A model generated the notes under the pieces. That model saw only the letters and a list, made by a program, of their open reading frames with translations. It did not search any database and had not been told where the DNA came from. A DNA stretch of 64,000 nt from Eledone cirrhosa. Lineage: Eukaryota. The stretch is from the NCBI GenBank assembly GCA_964016885.1, contig OZ024740.1, positions 417,074,001-417,138,000 of the forward strand, read 5' to 3'. Below are positions 23,601 through 36,540 of the stretch, piece after piece. The first letter of the stretch is position 1. Every line of letters begins with the position of its first letter. The position numbers and the translations under genes are program-made.

Positions 23601-26600
23601 TGACACAAAGGAAGGAGGAAGGGTTCTAGTGTCACAAAGGAAGGAGGAAGGGTTCTAGTGTCACAAAGGAAGGGGGAAGGGTTCTAGTGACACAAAGGAA
23701 GGGGGAAGGGTTCTAGTGACACAAAGGAAGGAGGAAGAGCTCTAGTGTCACAAAGGAAGGGGGAAGAGCTCTAGTGACACAAAGGAAGGAGGAAGGGTTC
23801 TAGTGTCACAAAGGAAGGAGGAAGGGTTCTAGTGACACAAAGGAAGGAGGAAGGGTTCTAGTGTCACAAAGGAAGGGGGAAGGGTTCTAGTGACACAAAG
23901 GAAGGAGGAAGAGCTCTAGTGTCACAAAGGAAGGGGGAAGAGCTCTAGTGTCACAAAGGAAGGAGGAAGAGCTCTAGTGTCACAAAGGAAGGGGGAAGAG
24001 CTCTAGTGTCACAAAGGAAGGAGGAAGAGCTCTAGTGACACAAAGGAAGGAGGAAGGGTTCTAGTGTCACAAAGGAAGGAGGAAGAGCTCTAGTGTCACA
24101 AAGGAAGGGGGAAGAGCTCTAGTGTCACAAAGGAAGGAGGAAGGGTTCTAGTGACACAAAGGAAGGGGGAAGAGCTCTAGTGTCACAAAGGAAGGAGGAA
24201 GGGTTCTAGTGACACAAAGGAAGGGGGAAGAGCTCTAGTGTCACAAAGGAAGGAGGAAGGGCTCTAGTGTCACAAAGGAAGGGGGAAGAGCTCTAGTGTC
24301 ACAAAGGAAGGAGGAAGGGTTCTAGTGACACAAAGGAAGGAGGAAGGGTTCTAGTGACACAAAGGAAGGAGGAAGGGTTCTAGTGACACAAAGGAAGGAG
24401 GAAGGGTTCTAGTGTCACAAAGGAAGGAGGAAGGGTTCTAGTGACACAAAGGATGGGGGAAGGGTTCTAGTGACACAAAGGAAGGAGGAAGGGTTCTAGT
24501 GTCACAAAGGAAGGAGGAAGGGTTCTAGTGACACAAAGGAAGGAGGAAGGGTTCTAGTGTCACAAAGGAAGGAGGAAGGGTTCTAGTGACACAAAGGAAG
24601 GAGGAGGGCTCTAGTGTCACAAAGGAAGGAGGAAGGGTTCTAGTGACACAAAGGAAGGGGGAAGAGCTCTAGTGTCACAAAGGAAGGAGGAAGGGTTCTA
24701 GTGACACAAAGGAAGGGGGAAGAGCTCTAGTGTCACAAAGGAAGGAGGAAGGGCTCTAGTGTCACAAAGGAAGGAGGAAGGGTTCTAGTGACACAAAGGA
24801 AGGAGGAAGGGTTCTAGTGACACAAAGGAAGGAGGAAGGGTTCTAGTGACACAAAGGAAGGAGGAGGGCTCTAGTGTCACAAAGGAAGGAGGAAGGGTTC
24901 TAGTGACACAAAGGAAGGGGGAAGAGCTCTAGTGTCACAAAGGAAGGAGGAAGGGTTCTAGTGACACAAAGGAAGGAGGAAGGGTTCTAGTGACACAAAG
25001 GAAGGAGGAAGGGTTCTAGTGACACAAAGGATGGGGGAAGGGTTCTAGTGACACAAAGGAAGGAGGAAGGGTTCTAGTGTCACAAAGGAAGGAGGAAGGG
25101 TTCTAGTGACACAAAGGAAGGAGGAAGGGTTCTAGTGACACAAAGGAAGGAGGAGGGCTCTAGTGTCACAAAGGAAGGAGGAAGGGTTCTAGTGACACAA
25201 AGGAAGGAGGAAGGGTTCTAGTGACACAAAGGAAGGAGGAAGGGTTCTAGTGACACAAAGGATGGGGGAAGGGTTCTAGTGACACAAAGGAAGGAGGAAG
25301 GGTTCTAGTGTCACAAAGGAAGGAGGAAGGGTTCTAGTGACACAAAGGAAGGAGGAAGGGTTCTAGTGACACAAAGGAAGGAGGAGGGCTCTAGTGTCAC
25401 AAAGGAAGGAGGAAGGGTTCTAGTGACACAAAGGAAGGGGGAAGAGCTCTAGTGTCACAAAGGAAGGAGGAAGGGTTCTAGTGACACAAAGGAAGGAGGA
25501 AGGGTTCTAGTGACACAAAGGATGGGGGAAGGGTTCTAGTGACACAAAGGAAGGAGGAAGGGTTCTAGTGTCACAAAGGAAGGAGGAAGGGTTCTAGTGT
25601 CACAAAGGAAGGAGGAAGGGTTCTAGTGTCACAAAGGAAGGAGGAAGAGCTCTAGTGTCACAAAGGAAGGAGGAAGGGTTCTAGTGACACAAAGGAAGGA
25701 GGAAGAGCTCTAGTGACACAAAGGAAGGAGGAAGGGTTCTAGTGACACAAAGGAAGGAGGAAGAGCTCTAGTGACACAAAGGAAGGAGGAAGGGTTCTAG
25801 TGTCACAAAGGAAGGAGGAAGAGCTCTAGTGACACAAAGGAAGGGGGAAGAGCTCTAGTGTCACAAAGGAAGGAGGAAGGGTTCTAGTGTCACAAAGGAA
25901 GGAGGAAGAGCTCTAGTGACACAAAGGAAGGAGGAAGAGCTCTAGTGACACAAAGGAAGGAGGAAGGGTTCTAGTGACACAAAGGAAGGGGGAAGAGCTC
26001 TAGTGTCACAAAGGAAGGGGGAAGAGCTCTAGTGTCACAAAGGAAGGAGGAAGGGTTCTAGTGACACAAAGGAAGGAGGAAGGGTTCTAGTGACACAAAG
26101 GATGGGGGAAGGGTTCTAGTGACACAAAGGAAGGAGGAAGGGTTCTAGTGACACAAAGGAAGGAGGAAGGGTTCTAGTGTCACAAAGGAAGGAGGAAGGG
26201 TTCTAGTGTCACAAAGGAAGGAGGAAGAGCTCTAGTGTCACAAAGGAAGGAGGAAGGGTTCTAGTGTCACAAAGGAAGGAGGAAGGGTTCTAGTGACACA
26301 AAGGAAGGAGGAAGGGTTCTAGTGACACAAAGGAAGGAGGAAGGGTTCTAGTGACACAAAGGAAGGAGGAAGGGCTCTAGTGACACAAAGGAAGGAGGAA
26401 GGGTTCTAGTGACACAAAGGAAGGAGGAAGAGCTCTAGTGACACAAAGGAAGGAGGAAGGGTTCTAGTGACACAAAGGAAGGAGGAAGAGCTCTAGTGTC
26501 ACAAAGGAAGGGGGAAGGGTTCTAGTGTCACAAAGGAAGGGGGTAGGGCTCTAGTGTCACAAAGGAAGGAGGAAGGGTTCTAGTGACACAAAGGAAGGGG

Positions 26601-29600
26601 GAAGAGCTCTAGTGTCACAAAGGAAGGGGGAAGGGTTCTAGTGTCACAAAGGAAGGGGGTAGGGCTCTAGTGTCACAAAGGAAGGAGGAAGGGTTCTAGT
26701 GACACAAAGGAAGGAGGAGGGCTCTAGTGTCACAAAGGAAGGAGGAAGGGTTCTAGTGTCACAAAGGAAGGAGGAAGGGTTCTAGTGACACAAAGGAAGG
26801 AGGAGGGCTCTAGTGTCACAAAGGAAGGAGGAAGGGTTCTAGTGTCACAAAGGAAGGAGGAGGGCTCTAGTGTCACAAAGGAAGGGGGAAGAGCTCTAGT
26901 GTCACAAAGGAAGGAGGAAGGGTTCTAGTGACACAAAGGAAGGGGGAAGGGTTCTAGTGACACAAAGGAAGGAGGAAGGGTTCTAGTGACACAAAGGAAG
27001 GGGGAAGAGCTCTAGTGTCACAAAGGAAGGGGGAAGGGTTCTAGTGTCACAAAGGAAGGAGGAAGGGTTCTAGTGTCACAAAGGAAGGGGGAAGAGCTCT
27101 AGTGACACAAAGGAAGGAGGAAGAGCTCTAGTGTCACAAAGGAAGGGGGAAGAGCTCTAGTGTCACAAAGGAAGGAGGAAGAGCTCTAGTGTCACAAAGG
27201 AAGGGGGAAGAGCTCTAGTGTCACAAAGGAAGGAGGAAGGGTTCTAGTGACACAAAGGAAGGGGGAAGAGCTCTAGTGTCACAAAGGAAGGAGGAAGGGT
27301 TCTAGTGACACAAAGGAAGGGGGAAGAGCTCTAGTGTCACAAAGGAAGGAGGAAGGGCTCTAGTGTCACAAAGGAAGGGGGAAGAGCTCTAGTGTCACAA
27401 AGGAAGGAGGAAGGGTTCTAGTGACACAAAGGAAGGGGGAAGGGTTCTAGTGACACAAAGGAAGGAGGAAGGGTTCTAGTGACACAAAGGATGGGGGAAG
27501 GGTTCTAGTGACACAAAGGAAGGAGGAAGGGTTCTAGTGTCACAAAGGAAGGAGGAAGGGTTCTAGTGACACAAAGGAAGGAGGAAGGGTTCTAGTGACA
27601 CAAAGGAAGGAGGAGGGCTCTAGTGTCACAAAGGAAGGAGGAAGGGTTCTAGTGACACAAAGGAAGGGGGAAGAGCTCTAGTGTCACAAAGGAAGGAGGA
27701 AGGGTTCTAGTGACACAAAGGAAGGAGGAAGGGTTCTAGTGACACAAAGGAAGGAGGAAGGGTTCTAGTGACACAAAGGATGGGGGAAGGGTTCTAGTGA
27801 CACAAAGGAAGGAGGAAGGGTTCTAGTGTCACAAAGGAAGGAGGAAGGGTTCTAGTGACACAAAGGAAGGAGGAAGGGTTCTAGTGACACAAAGGAAGGA
27901 GGAGGGCTCTAGTGTCACAAAGGAAGGAGGAAGGGTTCTAGTGACACAAAGGAAGGGGGAAGAGCTCTAGTGTCACAAAGGAAGGAGGAAGGGTTCTAGT
28001 GACACAAAGGAAGGAGGAAGGGTTCTAGTGACACAAAGGATGGGGGAAGGGTTCTAGTGACACAAAGGAAGGAGGAAGGGTTCTAGTGTCACAAAGGAAG
28101 GAGGAAGGGTTCTAGTGTCACAAAGGAAGGAGGAAGGGTTCTAGTGTCACAAAGGAAGGAGGAAGAGCTCTAGTGTCACAAAGGAAGGAGGAAGGGTTCT
28201 AGTGACACAAAGGAAGGAGGAAGAGCTCTAGTGACACAAAGGAAGGAGGAAGGGTTCTAGTGACACAAAGGAAGGAGGAAGAGCTCTAGTGACACAAAGG
28301 AAGGAGGAAGGGTTCTAGTGTCACAAAGGAAGGAGGAAGAGCTCTAGTGACACAAAGGAAGGGGGAAGAGCTCTAGTGTCACAAAGGAAGGAGGAAGGGT
28401 TCTAGTGTCACAAAGGAAGGAGGAAGAGCTCTAGTGACACAAAGGAAGGAGGAAGAGCTCTAGTGACACAAAGGAAGGAGGAAGGGTTCTAGTGACACAA
28501 AGGAAGGGGGAAGAGCTCTAGTGTCACAAAGGAAGGGGGAAGAGCTCTAGTGTCACAAAGGAAGGAGGAAGGGTTCTAGTGACACAAAGGAAGGAGGAAG
28601 GGTTCTAGTGACACAAAGGATGGGGGAAGGGTTCTAGTGACACAAAGGAAGGAGGAAGGGTTCTAGTGACACAAAGGAAGGAGGAAGGGTTCTAGTGTCA
28701 CAAAGGAAGGAGGAAGGGTTCTAGTGTCACAAAGGAAGGAGGAAGAGCTCTAGTGTCACAAAGGAAGGAGGAAGGGTTCTAGTGTCACAAAGGAAGGAGG
28801 AAGGGTTCTAGTGACACAAAGGAAGGAGGAAGGGTTCTAGTGACACAAAGGAAGGAGGAAGGGTTCTAGTGACACAAAGGAAGGAGGAAGGGCTCTAGTG
28901 ACACAAAGGAAGGAGGAAGGGTTCTAGTGACACAAAGGAAGGAGGAAGAGCTCTAGTGACACAAAGGAAGGAGGAAGGGTTCTAGTGACACAAAGGAAGG
29001 AGGAAGAGCTCTAGTGTCACAAAGGAAGGGGGAAGGGTTCTAGTGTCACAAAGGAAGGGGGTAGGGCTCTAGTGTCACAAAGGAAGGAGGAAGGGTTCTA
29101 GTGACACAAAGGAAGGGGGAAGAGCTCTAGTGTCACAAAGGAAGGGGGAAGGGTTCTAGTGTCACAAAGGAAGGGGGTAGGGCTCTAGTGTCACAAAGGA
29201 AGGAGGAAGGGTTCTAGTGACACAAAGGAAGGAGGAGGGCTCTAGTGTCACAAAGGAAGGAGGAAGGGTTCTAGTGTCACAAAGGAAGGAGGAAGGGTTC
29301 TAGTGACACAAAGGAAGGAGGAGGGCTCTAGTGTCACAAAGGAAGGAGGAAGGGTTCTAGTGTCACAAAGGAAGGGGGAAGAGCTCTAGTGTCACAAAGG
29401 AAGGAGGAAGGGTTCTAGTGACACAAAGGAAGGGGGAAGGGTTCTAGTGACACAAAGGAAGGGGGAAGGGTTCTAGTGACACAAAGGATGGGGGAAGGGT
29501 TCTAGTGACACAAAGGAAGGGGGAAGGGTTCTAGTGACACAAAGGAAGGGGGAAGGGTTCTAGTGTCACAAAGGAAGGAGGAAGGGTTCTAGTGACACAA

Positions 29601-30256
29601 AGGAAGGAGGAAGGGTTCTAGTGACACAAAGGAAGGAGGAAGGGTTCTAGTGACACAAAGGAAGGAGGAGGGCTCTAGTGTCACAAAGGAAGGAGGAAGG
29701 GTTCTAGTGTCACAAAGGAAGGGGGAAGAGCTCTAGTGTCACAAAGGAAGGAGGAAGGGTTCTAGTGACACAAAGGAAGGGGGAAGGGTTCTAGTGACAC
29801 AAAGGATGGGGGAAGGGTTCTAGTGACACAAAGGAAGGGGGAAGGGTTCTAGTGACACAAAGGAAGGGGGAAGGGTTCTAGTGACACAAAGGAAGGGGGA
29901 AGGGTTCTAGTGACACAAAGGAAGGGGGAAGAGCTCTAGTGTCACAAAGGAAGGGGGAAGGGTTCTAGTGACACAAAGGAAGGAGGAAGGGTTCTAGTGA
30001 CACAAAGGAAGGGGGAAGAGTTCTAGTGTCACAAAGGAAGGGGGAAGGGTTCTAGTGTCACAAAGGAAGGGGGAAGAGCTCTAGTGACACAAAGGAAGGG
30101 GGAAGGGTTCTAGTGACACAAAGGAAGGAGGAAGAGCTCTAGTGTCACAAAGGAATGGGAAGAGCTCTAGTGTCACAAAGGAAGGGGAAGAGCTCTAGTG
30201 ACACAAAGGAAGGGGGAAGAGCTCTAGTGTCACAAAGGAAGGGGGTAGGGCTCGAG
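20672..30256. repeat. 29-bp purine-rich minisatellite, ~9.6 kb (~330 copies)
   Basis: Unit CTAGTG(T/A)CACAAAGGAAGG(A/G)GGAAG(GGTT/AGCT); homogeneous centre, ragged edges. Confidence 0.98.
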
Positions 30257-30365
30257 ACATTGCTGACATATTGTAGTGTAAAGCAGCAACGCCTAATACA
30301 GCTGGGGAACCTGGATTGCTAGAGTTGTCAGAATATACATTAACTGTTTACATCCTATCACTAAA

Positions 30366-30697
30366 TAATTGTTTCTACTTTTAGCACAAGACTAGAAATT
30401 ACCCAGTACATTACTGGTACTTTATTTTATCGACCCCCGTAAGGATGAAAGGCAAAGTTAACCTCGGTGGGATTTGAACTCAGAATGGCAAGGGCCGTAA
30501 CTCTATGCGTCAAAGCATGGCGTCCGACCCTCTACCGATACTGCCAATCCACTGCCACTTTACAACTGTAAATAATTGTTTCTACTTTTGGCACAAGGCC
30601 AGCAATTATCCCAGTGTATTACTGGTACTTTATTTTATCGACCTTGTAAGGATGAAAGGCAAAGTTAACCTCAGCGGGATTTGAACTCAGATCATAA
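30366..30697 (-). mobile_element. Two SINE A copies
   Basis: Full copy 30366-30557; 5'-truncated copy 30573-30697. Confidence 0.9.
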
Positions 30698-31451
30698 TGA
30701 TTTCCAATTATCAATAAGACCTCAAATATTAGAGAAGAGATCAGTTTATTATATCGATTACACTGAAATCCCTGAATATAGGGAAACATTCGGGATGTTC
30801 ATAGCCGGAATGCCTTTGATGATTTGTCAGTTCGATTAAGACTGACTTTAGGTTCAACAACAACAACTTCTACAATTAAAACAACTGTATTTAATATTAC
30901 TTATTGATTGATAACTTTTATTGATTTATATGATTATGCAAATGTATCTTAATGACATTACATAGCTTCATGTTACAGAATAAACTCCAAATCAATTCCA
31001 TGAATACCAAATAATTAATGGCAGTATCGATAATATTTTGTTGTCAGAACTATGACTAAATGCTAACTTAAATGTCAATATTTCAGATTTCATCTTTCAG
31101 ACAAACCTTAAATACACTTTCCACACACAAAGACAACATGCTCCCTTTTCAAGCCAACAAAGGAACATCTATTCAGTTGTTTGACCTGCTAGGAATAACA
31201 GCCAAATCATCTCCCTCAAATGTTACTCCACTGACTAAAACAAAGACCATATTCACTAAATCGTAATTCCCATCATGTTATTTACAAAACGTATCTCGGA
31301 AAATAAACTCAGCAGAAGACATAACCGTTATTGTTTTGTAATTGGAGTGGTTTAAGTATATATACTGTGTATCGTTAGATGGTAGGACGCCATGCTTGGC
31401 AGCACAGAGTTATATCCCTTTACATTCTGAGTTCAAATCCCGCTGAGAGAT

Positions 31452-33156
31452 TAGGGCGGTGGATTGTCAGTATCGGTAGAGGGTCGGACACCATGCTAGG
31501 CCAGTGGATTGTCAGTATCGCTAGAGGGTCGGACACTATGCTAGGCCAGTGGATTGTCAGTATCGGTAGAGGGTCGGACTCCATGCTAGGGCAGTGGATT
31601 GGCAGTATCGGTAGAGGGTCGGACTCCATGCTAGGCCAGTGGATTGGCAGTATAGGTAGAGGATCGGACTCTATGCTAGGGAGGTGGATTATCAGTATCG
31701 GTAGAGGGTCGGAGGCCATGCTGGGGGGGGGGGCAGTATCGGTAGAGGGTCGGACGACATGGTAGGGCAGTGGATTGTCAGTATAGGTAGAGGGTCGGAC
31801 TCCATGCTAGGGCGGTGGATTGGCAGTATCGGTAGAGGGTCGGACTCCATGCTAGGGCGGTGGATTGGCAGTATCGGTAGAGGGTCGGACTCCATGCTAG
31901 GGCGGTGGATTGGCAGTATCGGTAGAGGGTCAGACTCCATGCTAGGGCGGTGGATTGGCAGTATCGGTAGAGGGTCGGACTCCATGCTAGGGCGGTGGAT
32001 TGGCAGTATCGGTAGAGGGTCAGACTCCATGCTAGGGCGGTGGATTGGCAGTATCGGTAGAGGGTCGGATACCATGCTAGGGCGGTGGATTGGCAGTATC
32101 GGTAGAGGGTCGGACACCATGCTAGGGCTGTAGATTGGCAGTATCGGTAGAGGGTCGGAGGCCATGCTAGGGCGGTGGATTGGCAGTATCGGTAGAGGGT
32201 CGGACACCATGCTAGGGCGGTGGATTGGCAGTATCGGTAGAGGGTCGGACACCATGCTAGGGCTGTAGATTGGCAGTATCGGTAGAGGGTCGGAGGCCAT
32301 GCTAGGGCTGTAGATTGGCAGTATCGGTAGAGGGTCGGACACCATGCTAGGGCTGTAGATTGGCAGTATCGGTAGAGGGTCGGAGGCCATGCTAGGGCTG
32401 TAGATTGGCAGTATCGGTAGAGGGTCGGACACCATGCTAGGCCAGTGGATTGGCAGTATCGGTAGAGGGTCTGACACCATGCTAGGGTGGTGGATTGGCA
32501 GTATCGGTAGAGGGTCGGAGGCCATGCTAGGGCTGTAGATTGGCAGTATCGGTAGAGGGTCGGAGGCCATGCTAGGGCTGTAGATTGGCAGTATCGGTAG
32601 AGGGTCGGACACCATGCTAGGGCTGTAGATTGGCAGTATCGGTAGAGGGTCTGACACCATGCTAGGGTGGTGGATTGGCAGTATCGGTAGAGGGTCTGAC
32701 ACCATGCTAGGGCTGTAGATTGGCAGTATCGGTAGAGGGTCGGACACCATGCTAGGCCAGTGGATTGTCAATATCGCTAGAGGGTCGGACTCCATGCTAG
32801 GCCAGTGGATTGGCAGTATCAGTAGAGGGTCGGAGGCCATGTTAGGGCGGTGGATTGGCAGTATCGGTAGAGGGTCGGACGCCATGCTAGGGCGGTGGAT
32901 TGGCAGTATCGGTAGAGGGTCGGACTCCATGCTAGGGCAGTGGATTGGCAGTATCGGTAGAGGGTCGGACACCATGCTAGGGCGGTGGATTGGCAGTATC
33001 GGTAGAGGGTCGGACTCCATGCTAGGGCAGTGGATTGGCAGTATCGGTAGAGGGTCGGACACCATGCTAGGGCAGTGGATTGGCAGTATCGGTAGAGGGT
33101 CGGAGGCCATGCTAGGGCGGTGGATTGGCAGTATCGGTAGAGGGTGGGACACCATG
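31452..33156 (+). repeat. 45-bp minisatellite (~38 copies) made of the SINE A tRNA-like head
   Basis: Unit GGGCGGTGGATTGGCAGTATCGGTAGAGGGTCGGACACCATGCTA matches the first 45 nt of SINE A; the last unit continues into a SINE body to 33300. Confidence 0.95.
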
Positions 33157-33300
33157 ATTCCATCATAGAGTTACGGCTCTTTGCGGTTTGAGTTCAAATC
33201 CTGCCGAGGTTAACGTTGCCTTTCATCCTTACGGGGTCGATAAAATAAAGTACCAGTAATGCACTGGGAAATTGCTGGCCTTGTGCCAAAACGTAGAAAC
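33115..33300 (+). mobile_element. SINE family A terminating the 45-bp array
   Basis: B box GAGTTCAAATCC, core and tail ending GTAGAAAC, directly joined to the LINE. Confidence 0.9.
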
Positions 33301-35343
33301 CCCAGCCAGGTCCATACACGACAATCTCCACCTCATGCGATACATCATAGAGAGTAGGGTGTAAACCTGGCTTCGGTGGGGCACTGATCAATTTAGATCA
33401 ATCGAAAGCATTCGATAGGGTCGACCATCGGTATCTGGAGTTTGTCCTCAAAGCAGCTGGCTTCGGCCCTGTCTTCAGAAGCTGGATCGCTGCAATGCAC
33501 AGCGGCACACGCTCGGTGGTCAAGGTTAATGGCCACCTCACAGAACCATTTCGGCTCTCCCGATCGGTCCGTCAAGGGTGCCCTCTCTCTTCCCTTCTGT
33601 ACGTATTGACTCTCGATCCTTTACTGCGGAAGCTGGAGCTGTTGCAGGGCATCCCGCTCGAACCGGGACGTGGAAGGGCGGTGTCGGCTTATGCGGACGA
33701 CATCACCGTGATGGTGTCGAACACCTCAGAAATCGAGGTGGTCGGCACCTTATTGAAGGAATATGAAAGGTTGACAGGAGCCAAACTTAACCCAGAAAAG
33801 TCGGTGGGCTTGCAGCTCGGAACCTGGAGAAGCAAGCCCATGCCGTTCAACAGCGTCGTGGGGCGCTGGACGGACGGACCGGTAAAGTTGCTCGGGGTTT
33901 GGTTCGGACCAGACCTCCAGGTGGAAAAGAATTGGGACGAGGTAACGAGCAGAGTAGCCAGTCTCACCCAAAAATGGGCTTGGAGGAAGCTATCACTGAA
34001 AGGTCGCGCGGAGGTGGCGAATGCGTACATCGCGTCCGTCATCTACTACTGCCTGACCGTCGTGCCTTGCCCCCGTCCGCGCCTCGTCAAGTTGGAACGG
34101 CTCCTCTTCAAATTCTTGTGGAGAGGACAAGTTCCGTTGGTGAGGCGGTCCATCTGCTGCCAGCACCCTCTACGCGGAGGGCTGGGCATGCCGTGGCTAA
34201 TGATGCGCAGACATGCGTTGAGGCTGCGACATCTCCAGATATTCTGCCTCAACGGTGAACAGGTGTGGTCACCGTTTATCAGACGAGCTTTTCCGCAGTT
34301 CATTTCTTTGACTGAGCTGCAGTCCTGGATCAAGAAGAGACCGAGACTGGGTGACTGGCACCTGGAATGTTGCCAGGCACTCACTACCCTCTACCAAGCG
34401 GGCAATAAGATCGGTGGAACTTCCACTCTCGAGTTCTATAGAGGATTAGTGGTGGGCAAGTGCGATGACGCACTCGGAGAAGCTTTGGGCCTCGACGAAG
34501 TCGAACTGACCAGTCTGAACCGGAGGACTTTTGAGCCGGGGACGATGGACAATTTCCAGAAATCCCTCGCTTGGCAGTGCTACCGGGAGGCACTGCCGGT
34601 TGGGGATAAACTCTACAGGCACGGAAGTACTGTCAGACGGACCTGCCCAAGATGCGCACAGAACGACGAAACCGTTCTGCACGCACTTCTCCAATGTCCG
34701 TGCATTACTGACTTGTGGAGTTATGTCGAACAGCTACTGTCGCGTGTGGAACGAATCCGGCTATCGGCCGAGTCCATAGTGAAGATCGATCCACCGCCTT
34801 CCGTAGGTCAGGAAGAGCAGGAAATTTTCCTCTGTCTGGTGGCAGTTGCGAAAGAGGTTATATGGTGGACTAGGTTAAAAGGACTGAAGACAGACACTTT
34901 TCTCTTCGGCCAATCCCTCATCAACTTCTTCAAGTTTCACCTGGAAAGGAAGGTGAGGGTGGAGAGAGAAGTGCTGCCCCCCCCCCCCCAGTACATTTGC
35001 TTAAAGGTGGGTGAATGTGGCGAGAATGGCTCGTGTGAATGGGCCTACTCTGACCATGCGCCTATAGGCTAGCTAACTTGAGGAGAGGGGTGCTCTCCCT
35101 GGGTGCCCTAGAAGCGCAGGGTGGTTCAGGATTGGTGGGGTACCCGAGTCACCCCAGGGTCGTCCACTCCCTATCGGGGAATTTATTTTGTTATATTTAT
35201 GCATAGTTTATTTTATATTTTATATTTTCATTGTTAAATTAGACTTGCCATTGTACACTTTTACTCGACCTTATTGTAAACCCCCACTGTCCCTGTCTTT
35301 GAATTGTCCCCTACATGTCGGCCCTTGTGGCTAATAAATGAAA

Positions 35344-35377
<34 letters not shown>
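33301..35377 (+). mobile_element. 5'-truncated Tx1/L1-clade LINE with (ATT)n tail
   Basis: RT motifs LDQSKAFDRV, RQGCPLS, YADD; C-terminal CPRC...ETVLHALLQC zinc finger; 3' UTR with AATAAA and (ATT)n. Confidence 0.92.
33495..35072 (+). pseudogene. ORF2 remnant (RT + zinc finger) of Tx1-like LINE
   Basis: 525-aa ORF; frameshift at the poly-C near 34980 and disruption upstream of 33400. Confidence 0.85.
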
Positions 35378-35378
<1 letters not shown>

Positions 35379-35392
35379 AGCTCACGCTATAT

Positions 35393-35795
35393 GGCGGTGG
35401 ATTGGCAGTATCGGTAGAGCGTCGGGCAACATGCTTTGCGGTATGAAGTTACAGCCCTTTACGTTTTGACTTTAGATCCCGCCGATAAAATAAAGTACCA
35501 GTAATAAAGTGGTCGATAAAATAAGCACCAGTAACTCACTGGGGTCAATTTAATCGACTTTCTCCTCCACCCAAAATTGTTGGCCTTGTGCTTAAATCAG
35601 AAACCAGTGGTTTGGCAGTATCGGTAAAGGGTCGGACAACATGCCTTGCAGCACAGAGTTACGCCCCTTTCAGATCTGAGTTCAAATCCTGCCAAGGTTA
35701 ACTTTGCCTTTCATCCTTACGGGGTCGATAAAATAAAGTACCAGTAATGCACTGGGATAATTGCTGGCCTTGTGCCAAAAGTAGAAACAATTATT
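35393..35795 (+). mobile_element. Two tandem SINE A copies
   Basis: 35393-35606 (rearranged core) and 35607-35795. Confidence 0.88.
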
Positions 35796-36084
35796 AGCTC
35801 ACACTTTTTTATTACAAATACGAGACATTAAAAACTGATCATACTAACATATTTAGAGTCAATAGAAAATCAGTGTAGTAAAAACTAAAGATCATTCAAC
35901 AAGTTTCCACATTATTGGAGGGGCTTAGGCCCCAAAAGTCCCTTAGCGTCAGAAGTCCTGCACTATCAAGAAGATTGTGGGGAATATATTACGGGAGGTA
36001 ATATATTGTGGGGATATATTACGGTATATTACGGGAGGAATATATTACAGAGAATTAACTAACTTGTAGTTGTACCTGTTTATA

Positions 36085-36245
36085 TAATTGTTTCTACTTT
36101 TGGCACAAGACCAGCAATTATCCCAGTTACTGGTACTTTATTTTATCGACACCGTAAGGATTTGAACTCAGACCATAAAGAGCCGTAACTCTTTGCTGCA
36201 AAGCATGGCGTCCGACCCTCTACCGATACTGCCAATCCACCGCCC
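36085..36245 (-). mobile_element. SINE A with 13-bp TSD
   Basis: CTGTTTATATAAT on both sides. Confidence 0.88.
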
Positions 36246-36358
36246 TGTTTATATAATGATTATGATTTATAAAACAAACAGAAATTAATTAAAGAAAGAA
36301 ATTAAAGGAAAAAAAATGGTCAATTACTCGTTGCATCAAGGAATGCTGGCATTTCCTT

Positions 36359-36540
36359 CTAAAAATGTCTGAAGCAAGCCAAGAGAGTTACGGCATTGTC
36401 GTGAGTGATAGCGAAGCTAAGGAGCTGGAATAGCCAAGCACCTTCACAAACATCACCTGATCTTTCAGTAAGGTGAGCCACTAACAATGACAAGAACCTA
36501 GTTGTAAGCGACCCAGCTCCCTTGAATGTCTTAAATGTTA
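36359..36540 (-). mobile_element. Diverged CRE-like RLE C-terminal fragment
   Basis: GAGSLTTRFLSLLVAHLTERSGDVCEGAWLFQLLSFAITHDNAVTLL aligns by eye to the other RLE tails. Confidence 0.6.

Noticed and set aside
20672-30256. CRISPR-like array (29-bp repeats)
   Set aside because: Units are contiguous with no unique spacers, there are no cas genes, and the context is eukaryotic.
31692-33155. 487-aa repetitive ORF as a real protein
   Set aside because: Antisense read-through of a 45-bp SINE-head array; unit length divisible by 3 explains the open frame.
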